This document shows positions 27,028 to 33,018 of a stretch of DNA of 33,018 nucleotides, in pieces (position 1 is the stretch's first letter; every line of letters begins with the position of its first letter). The notes under the pieces are model-generated. The model did no database searches. It was not told the origin of the DNA and worked only from the letters and a program-made list of their open reading frames with translations. This DNA is from Planctomycetota bacterium (lineage in GTDB: Bacteria; Planctomycetota; GCA-002687715; DRQF01). The stretch lies in assembly GCA_027001995.1 (NCBI GenBank), contig JALTLO010000115.1, positions 1 to 33,018 on the forward strand, in the 5' to 3' direction. The position numbers were made by a program, and so were the translations under genes.

Positions 27028-27764
27028 TAGCATGTAATCCGGAAGCGGTGTAATTCATCATAAATGGATTGGCAATCTCGCAAGACGACATGGAGATGCT
27101 CGGGAACTTTCGACAGTTTGGGGACGTATGGAGCAAACCCTGTGCTCTTCTCCACCGCGTCATACCAATACTTCGCCCAAACCCCATCGCTATCCCGTGG
27201 TCCCGCTGGCCAACTCAACATAGCCTCATCAAAGGGAATACCGAGCTCGCAACAAAGAAGTGACAGCATGGTTCGAGGGTCTTCCAGAACATCACGAGAA
27301 TCCAAGACCAAAGGTGGCCTGCCGAATTCATCTTGGAGCCAACGAAAAACCTCGAGTTGTTGAATCAAACCTGTTTCCGGCAGAGTCGGGTTGGGAATAA
27401 CCCGCGTCAGAGAACACAGCATTTCCCTGGGTTCGCGAATCAAGAAAACATTGTCTAATTCCCGGATCCACTGACGGTCCACATCGTCAACCAAATGATG
27501 AGCCATCTGCTTCTGGTAAAAGATCGACTTGTTCTCGGGAATCGGTCCTAAGAGACCGTCGACTACTGTTTGCCAATCACCAGCATGGGACCGTATAACT
27601 TCCTCTGCACCCGGGTGATCAAGGCCAGTAAAATTCAAGTAGTGGGAGTATAGAGGCTCATCAACAACCACGGTGTCTGATCGGTTTTCGAACGAACGCA
27701 TCAAAGCGGTGGAGATGTTTCGTGGTCCGGACCACATACCGATCCGACGAATTTGTTGATTCAT
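27027..27764 (-). CDS. Sulfotransferase-like domain protein (family found N-terminally fused in BCAT-like proteins)
   Basis: MWSGPRNISTALMRSFENR.D..V.DEPLY, FYQKQMAHH, FLIREP, MLSWPAGP..DGVWAKYWY..V..STGF. Confidence 0.85.
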   Translation of the reverse strand: MNQQIRRIGMWSGPRNISTALMRSFENRSDTVVVDEPLYSHYLNFTGLDHPGAEEVIRSHAGDWQTVVDGLLGPIPENKSIFYQKQMAHHLVDDVDRQWIRELDNVFLIREPREMLCSLTRVIPNPTLPETGLIQQLEVFRWLQDEFGRPPLVLDSRDVLEDPRTMLSLLCCELGIPFDEAMLSWPAGPRDSDGVWAKYWYDAVEKSTGFAPYVPKLSKVPEHLHVVLRDCQSIYDELHRFRITC

Positions 27765-27908
27765 GATTCTGGACCCCAAGAAAGAGTGTCTCCGCCTTCA
27801 ACTTTGCCCGAAACTCCCCGAAATCGCCAGTTCTCAACCATATTTCAGTGCAGAAGTTCTCACAAAAGAAGTCGTATCCCAGTCAAATTGAAGAAAATCC
27901 AAGGATCA

Positions 27909-27934
27909 TGAAACAAGCACCATAAATCCTCGTC
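27909..27934 (+). promoter_or_regulatory. Candidate ECF promoter TGAAAC-N16-CGTC
   Basis: TGAAAC at 27909-27914, a 16-nt spacer and CGTC at 27931-27934, ending 31 nt before the ATG, with an AAGGAG SD in between. Confidence 0.55.
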
Positions 27935-27965
27935 CCGAGTTTAGAAACCCGAAAAGGAGATATGT

Positions 27966-29711
27966 ATGCGTGTCAACAAACAAGTATTGTCCCTTTTGAT
28001 CGTGGTGCTGCTTGCCATCACAGTCAAGAGCCAGGAACCGCCCCCGCTAAGAATGAAAGCTTTCGACCTGGGCTTTCTGCGAGCAACGATCAAGGCCCAG
28101 GTCTCATCATCCCATGAGCTGCCCCTGCGGGCGTCCCTGGGGTCCCAAGATTCCGAAGACTACAAAAGAGAGTCCTTAGGCTGGCACACTGACAACCGAG
28201 AATTGTCAACAGACGATTTGGTCGAGCTAACCCGCCAATTGGCCATCAAGACAGATGTTGAAGAAGAATTCTCATCCTTCAATCTCATAGACGATTCCCT
28301 CATCGTCCGTGCCCCCGCCCCTACACTCGTCAAGATCGAAAAGGTCCTCGTCTTCCTTGAGAAGTGCCTCTTGCGCCAGGCAACAGTTGAACTCGCCCTA
28401 CTTGACCGAAGTGCCATGGCAGGTGGGGAAGCGGGTCTTTTGAACTCAACTGAGATCAACGCCATCTTGGCGAAACAACCCCAGGCAAAACGTCTCATTA
28501 CGGTTCTCAACTTGGGACAAAGCGCTCGGCTCGACGCAAGCCGTATGAGGCAATTTGTCGTAGACTATGACGTGGAAGTGGCCGAGAAAGCAAAAATCTC
28601 ACAACCCATATCCGCGGCCCTTTTCGAAGGGATCCAGGTCGGAATCCAATTGGACGCATGCCTGGACGGACGATTCCTATTGCAATTTCAAGGACGAACC
28701 TGCAAACGAATTGGCCGAGATCGAATCATCCAAAAGCCTTCCGTTGGCGTTGGCACAATCGAACTACCCAAGACAAGGAGCTCCACTGTCGCCATGAGTG
28801 CCCTCCTCGCTCCGGGCAGCGGATTCTTGGTGGGAAGCCATGAATCGGACAACAAGGTCTGGTTGGTTCAACTCAAAACTGTTGCCCCGAAACCGGCCTT
28901 TGCGGGATTGGACGTCTTGCCGACAGGATCCTTCGATCGTCCCCCCTTCATGCCGAATCTCGACTCCGTCGTTGGCCCACTGAGAAGTAACATGGTCCAC
29001 AGCGAAATCGAAGAAGAAGACAGGGAATGCGTCCTCCCGGTGGAGATGATGACTGACTCGGTAATGGAGATGGCAGGGAACGTCGTCGACGAGGGAGTCG
29101 AGACTTTCGTTTTCCCTCTGGACCACAAGCTATTCATATTCTTGCCAAAGCAATACCGTGAATCGACGATTCACACGATAGCTTCACTCCCTGCTCCTTT
29201 CATGCGAAATGTGTCTACTGAATATCGCTACGATCTTGTTGATACGGCGGTTGCTAACGAGCTCTTATATCTTGAGCCCAAATACATAGTTAGCAAACTC
29301 AGCCGTCAAGCCCGCACGCTTAACCGAACAGGAAGTCGCAGTATCATTGCTTCTGGCAGAGAATGGCTGAGCTTGGCAGACAAACAGGTAGAAATCGCCA
29401 AGAACTCTCAAATAGCTGACCCCGTGGTAGAAGCCGTGTTCGCAGGGATTGTTCTTAAGACAACACCGGCAATCACACTCGGTGGTGACATCTCTTTGGT
29501 CCTTGACTATACCTTGCAGGTCGACACGAAGAAGGGCCGAAAATTCGACACGGGCATTCCTGAAGTAGGGGTGTTAGATGCGAATGATCTAGCCCATGTT
29601 TCTGGTAGAGCAAGGATGAAAATTGAGGAAGACTCATGGACCCTCATCCACAGCGCTCCCTTGGAAGGAAGTGGCAAGACGTTTATCTTGATGGCCCGCT
29701 GCAGTCGATAG
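27966..29711 (+). CDS. Secreted protein with two tandem secretin-like (GspD-like) modules
   Basis: Signal peptide and N3-like LIVRAPAPTLVKIEKVLVFLEK..RQATVE. Duplicated motif VVDYDVEVAEKAKISQPISAALFEGIQV versus LADKQVEIAKNSQIADPVVEAVFAGIVL. The ORF is solid; the family call is from motif recall. Confidence 0.7.
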   Translation: MRVNKQVLSLLIVVLLAITVKSQEPPPLRMKAFDLGFLRATIKAQVSSSHELPLRASLGSQDSEDYKRESLGWHTDNRELSTDDLVELTRQLAIKTDVEEEFSSFNLIDDSLIVRAPAPTLVKIEKVLVFLEKCLLRQATVELALLDRSAMAGGEAGLLNSTEINAILAKQPQAKRLITVLNLGQSARLDASRMRQFVVDYDVEVAEKAKISQPISAALFEGIQVGIQLDACLDGRFLLQFQGRTCKRIGRDRIIQKPSVGVGTIELPKTRSSTVAMSALLAPGSGFLVGSHESDNKVWLVQLKTVAPKPAFAGLDVLPTGSFDRPPFMPNLDSVVGPLRSNMVHSEIEEEDRECVLPVEMMTDSVMEMAGNVVDEGVETFVFPLDHKLFIFLPKQYRESTIHTIASLPAPFMRNVSTEYRYDLVDTAVANELLYLEPKYIVSKLSRQARTLNRTGSRSIIASGREWLSLADKQVEIAKNSQIADPVVEAVFAGIVLKTTPAITLGGDISLVLDYTLQVDTKKGRKFDTGIPEVGVLDANDLAHVSGRARMKIEEDSWTLIHSAPLEGSGKTFILMARCSR

Positions 29712-29732
29712 ACTTCAGAGGATTCTTGAGCC

Positions 29733-29762
29733 GGGAAATGGCGGCGGACGCCGCCATTTCCC
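29733..29762. terminator. Perfect 13-bp hairpin between convergent genes
   Basis: GGGAAATGGCGGC-GGAC-GCCGCCATTTCCC. Confidence 0.7.
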
Positions 29763-29814
29763 CTTGGATCAAAAACGTCGGGAACGATTAAGAGAGAACA
29801 GCCCGATCTTTCCC

Positions 29815-30918
29815 CTAGGTTTCAGCTTCTTCATCTTTGACCGCCTCAATCACACTGTAAAAGGCGCTATCAGACATGCCAGTTACCTTGTCTAAACGCA
29901 AACCAGCGTCGGACAAGATTTCTTCGTAGAATGGCAGAGACTTATAAACGAAGCGACCAAAGGTGTCATAGAATATGTAGCGAAATTCCCAACTCAGCGC
30001 GTAGTCCCGATTACCTTCCAAGAGTGCTTCGTTAATGATCAAACGCCCCCCTGGGGCCAAAGCCGCCGCTGCTTTCTTGAGTAATTCACGGCAAACATCA
30101 GGGGCCCAATCCGTCAGTACCCGTGAGAACATCACACGATCAAAACCGCTAGGCAAATCCTCTGCAAGAAAATCGCCTTCATAGACTTCTACACGATCAG
30201 TCATTCCTTTTTCACCAATGATCCGTCGAGCAATGTAAGCCGACGCTGGCAAATTGAAAACCGTCACCTGTAAATTGGGGTGTCTTGTAGCCAGCGCGCA
30301 ACCAATGGTCCCATCGCCCCCACCCACATCGAGGAGGGTCTTAGCGCCTTCCATGCATTTGGAATCACTCAACGTCGAGATGGCCCCTTCTGCTGAAGCA
30401 CGCATCCAGGTTTCCAAATGCTCTGCCGCAGCTAAATCAGCGGGAGGCCATTTGACTGCTGCCGGCAACGGCATCCCTCGCAAGACTTCCGCAGTCGGCA
30501 AGACCGCTACCGCCCGCCAAAAAGTAACCAGCTCACGAAAGAAGTAGCCCCCATCTCCCTTCTCGCCGAAATAGCGAATGGCGTCGTCAGACAAACGATA
30601 TCGGGCATTGTCCATCGTGCTGGCTGCATCAGTTTCATCCAGCAAATCCGCAAGAGCCATACAATGCAAGAACTTCCAAGTTCTGTGGGGCTGGAGCGAC
30701 AACCGTTGAATGATTTCTTTGGCCGACAAGGTCCCCGCTGAACCGATGAGCTCAAAAAGACCCAGATCTAATGCCGTCTCGATGAGACGCAACCGCGCGC
30801 CACCGCCCAACATGGAATAGAAGTTGTTGTCTCGTTCACGCAAAGAACCCCGGGCCGGTGGCTCTGGATCATGGTCGCGGTGAGGAATGAGGGTTTCGAA
30901 CATGTCAGCTTCGTTCAT
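29815..30918 (-). CDS. Methyltransf_2 (COMT/BchU/CrtF-like) methyltransferase with N-terminal dimerisation domain
   Basis: ALDLGLFELI winged-helix region, LLDVGGGDG, YEGDFL, FSRVLTDW, ALAPGGRLIINE. Confidence 0.88.
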   Translation of the reverse strand: MNEADMFETLIPHRDHDPEPPARGSLRERDNNFYSMLGGGARLRLIETALDLGLFELIGSAGTLSAKEIIQRLSLQPHRTWKFLHCMALADLLDETDAASTMDNARYRLSDDAIRYFGEKGDGGYFFRELVTFWRAVAVLPTAEVLRGMPLPAAVKWPPADLAAAEHLETWMRASAEGAISTLSDSKCMEGAKTLLDVGGGDGTIGCALATRHPNLQVTVFNLPASAYIARRIIGEKGMTDRVEVYEGDFLAEDLPSGFDRVMFSRVLTDWAPDVCRELLKKAAAALAPGGRLIINEALLEGNRDYALSWEFRYIFYDTFGRFVYKSLPFYEEILSDAGLRLDKVTGMSDSAFYSVIEAVKDEEAET

Positions 30919-31503
30919 CGATAGTTCTCTTGGTCTCGATCTAAATGATTGATGAAGGTGTTGAAGACATCGCTTTTTTCCCCTCGCGAAGCAACAATCA
31001 CCACTCCCCCAATTGAGCTCATAGTCTACTAAATCTAAGTCATTTGTTTTGCACTCCTTGGGATTGCCAAGGGTTCCATTTCATCACTCCCCTCCCTTCG
31101 CCCCAAGTATTCTCAAGATCGGTCCAACACCGTCGTTCACACCCCGCAGATATCGCGGTTTGAGACACAGACACAGGGTGGCAAAAGGAGAATCCATTCG
31201 AGAATCACCTCAAACGAGGGCCGAACGCGATCCATCTATACTCAAAAGATCAGAATTTCTGCCATTCCATCAGGGCCAAACAAGATTTCTGCACTTCGAG
31301 ATCTCGAGACCTCCACTCTAAGGCATTTAGAATCAATAACTTAGACGATTGACGAGGAATATGCTCGACAATTCGGCGATTCGAGTGTCCCGGGGCCATT
31401 GCAGGATCTTCATGAACGTGGACAATAGCCACAGCGATTTTTTGGTCGGGCGTGGTCAACCACACCCGCTATGCCTTCATTCACACATCCAGGAGAGTAA
31501 CGC

Positions 31504-33018
31504 ATGCTTAAGATGCGCACTATTTGCCTGTTGCTCCTCGCACTGGTGGTTGCCACCGGTTCTTTGAGTGCCCAGGTTTACATAAACGAATTCAACGGTG
31601 ACCCAAGCGGTACACCAGGAACCGACGCCAACTTGGACACGATCCTCAGCTCTTCCCAAGATGAGTTTGTTGAAATCGTAAACGCCGGAGCTGGCACCGT
31701 CGACATCAGTGGTTGGACCATCGCCGATGGTGCCTCCGTTCGCCACACATTCGCCGCAGGAACTATGCTTGCACAAGGTGCAGGTATTGTTGTTTTCGGT
31801 GGTGGCAACTTGACAACTTTCAACGCCCTCGGTGTTGCCACGGGTGTCGCATCATCGACCGGAAGCCTTGGCCTGAACAACGGTGGCGACACCATCACTC
31901 TAGCCGATAGTATGGCTCTGGTCATCGATCAGGTCGTTTACTCTCCAGCCGGAAACGGCGAGTCATTGACTCGTACCACCGACTTACCAACCGACCTGTT
32001 CTCTTTGCACTTCACAGACTTGGCCACCCTCATTGGCCACAGTGCTGGTTACCGGGTCGATGGAGTCACGGGTTGGTTGCCCGCAATCCTGGCACCACCC
32101 GCCCCACCATCCCAAGTTTACATCAACGAGTACTGCAACGATCCATACAACAACGGACTTGGTATCGGTATCGACAGCAACGCTGATGGCGTTCCCGCAA
32201 CCTCTTCAAGCCAAGGCGATGACGAGTTCATCGAAATCGTCAACATGGGTCCCACCACCATTGACATCACAGACTGGCAAGTCACCTTCAATGGCACACT
32301 CCGCCATACCTTCGCCGGAGGCACCATGCTCCCTGCCGGTGCTGCTATTGTCGTCTTCAGTGGCGGCGACGTCACCAACTTCAACACCCTCGGTGCTGCA
32401 ACAGGAGTCTTGGCTTCTGGCGGTTTCTTGGGCTTCAGCAACAGTGGTGGAAACATCGAACTCCTTGACGACATGGCCATGCTTGTCAATGGTGTCACTT
32501 ACACCAGCGGAAGTAACCAAGACGGCGACGGCGAGTCAGTCACCCGTGTCACGGATACATCTGGCGATGCTCTTGACCTCCATACAAATGTGACTCCTGG
32601 ACTAAACCACAGTGCAGGATTTAAGGTCGACGGTACCACCCCATTCTTGCCAGCTATGCTGCCCCTTCCTGTTTGGCCCGGAAATGCCACAGACTTCCGC
32701 GTTGAAACATCCATCAACGCAGTTGTCCAAACATCTCCAACAAACGTCTTCCCTGCTGCTGATTTCAACGGCATCAATCTGTTCTTCCACTCACCAGGTG
32801 GAACTACAGAAATCCGTCCATTCAGCTGCTTCTTCCAAGTCGTCCCAACAGGTACCACTTTACCCGTGGCATCTGTTCCCGGTGAAACTGGTGGATTCTG
32901 GTTGGACCAAACTGGTACCTACCAGTTGTTCATCTTGTTTGACGGCATGGGACTTGGAAACGGCAATGTACCTTTGGCATTCGCTCCATTGCTCCCATTG
33001 GGCGGCATGAACTACACC
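31504..33018 (+). CDS. Secreted protein with two tandem lamin-tail domains (LTD) and a further C-terminal domain; runs off the right edge; not in ORF track
   Basis: AGGAG SD. MLKMRTICLLLLALVVATGSLSA-QVYINEFNGDP...DEFVEIVN...VDISGWTIAD...RHTFAAGTML...LNNGGDTITL. The second copy QVYINEYCNDP...DEFIEIVN starts at 32113. Frame is open to the window end. Confidence 0.9.
   Translation, partial: MLKMRTICLLLLALVVATGSLSAQVYINEFNGDPSGTPGTDANLDTILSSSQDEFVEIVNAGAGTVDISGWTIADGASVRHTFAAGTMLAQGAGIVVFGGGNLTTFNALGVATGVASSTGSLGLNNGGDTITLADSMALVIDQVVYSPAGNGESLTRTTDLPTDLFSLHFTDLATLIGHSAGYRVDGVTGWLPAILAPPAPPSQVYINEYCNDPYNNGLGIGIDSNADGVPATSSSQGDDEFIEIVNMGPTTIDITDWQVTFNGTLRHTFAGGTMLPAGAAIVVFSGGDVTNFNTLGAATGVLASGGFLGFSNSGGNIELLDDMAMLVNGVTYTSGSNQDGDGESVTRVTDTSGDALDLHTNVTPGLNHSAGFKVDGTTPFLPAMLPLPVWPGNATDFRVETSINAVVQTSPTNVFPAADFNGINLFFHSPGGTTEIRPFSCFFQVVPTGTTLPVASVPGETGGFWLDQTGTYQLFILFDGMGLGNGNVPLAFAPLLPLGGMNYT

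Noticed and set aside
29815..30918. Calling the gene bchU or crtF
   Set aside because: Same fold family only. No bacteriochlorophyll or carotenoid genes are nearby, so a symbol is unsupported.
31477..33010. Numerous short ORFs on both strands at the right end
   Set aside because: All overlap the single long plus-strand LTD frame starting at 31504, which the track missed because it has no stop in the window.
1..33018. Mobile elements, prophage, CRISPR, tRNA/rRNA
   Set aside because: I saw no transposase, integrase, phage or cas genes, no terminal repeats, and no tRNA or rRNA signatures by eye.

Overview
Bacterial chromosomal segment of roughly mid-50% GC or slightly lower by eye. A Planctomycetota-like origin is inferred from the secretin-like proteins and secreted-protein style, not proven. 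It holds housekeeping genes (rpmH, rho, typA, argS), an ArgZ-type amidinotransferase-family enzyme, a tricorn protease, a six-gene surface-glycosylation cluster built around a YfhO/GT-C membrane protein, a sulfotransferase-like/class IV aminotransferase pair, three methyltransferases and several secreted proteins. Three real genes are absent from the ORF track: a partial secretin-like gene (<1..466, minus), rpmH (4154..4288) and a partial tandem lamin-tail-domain protein (31504..>33018). The best candidate for an undescribed system is an ECF sigma / HEAT-repeat anti-sigma / secretin-like operon at the left edge plus a distant paralogous gene with two tandem secretin-like domains (27966..29711). 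Both are preceded by ECF-type TG(T/A)(T/A)AC-N16-CGTC motifs. I saw no CRISPR array, tRNA, rRNA or mobile element.
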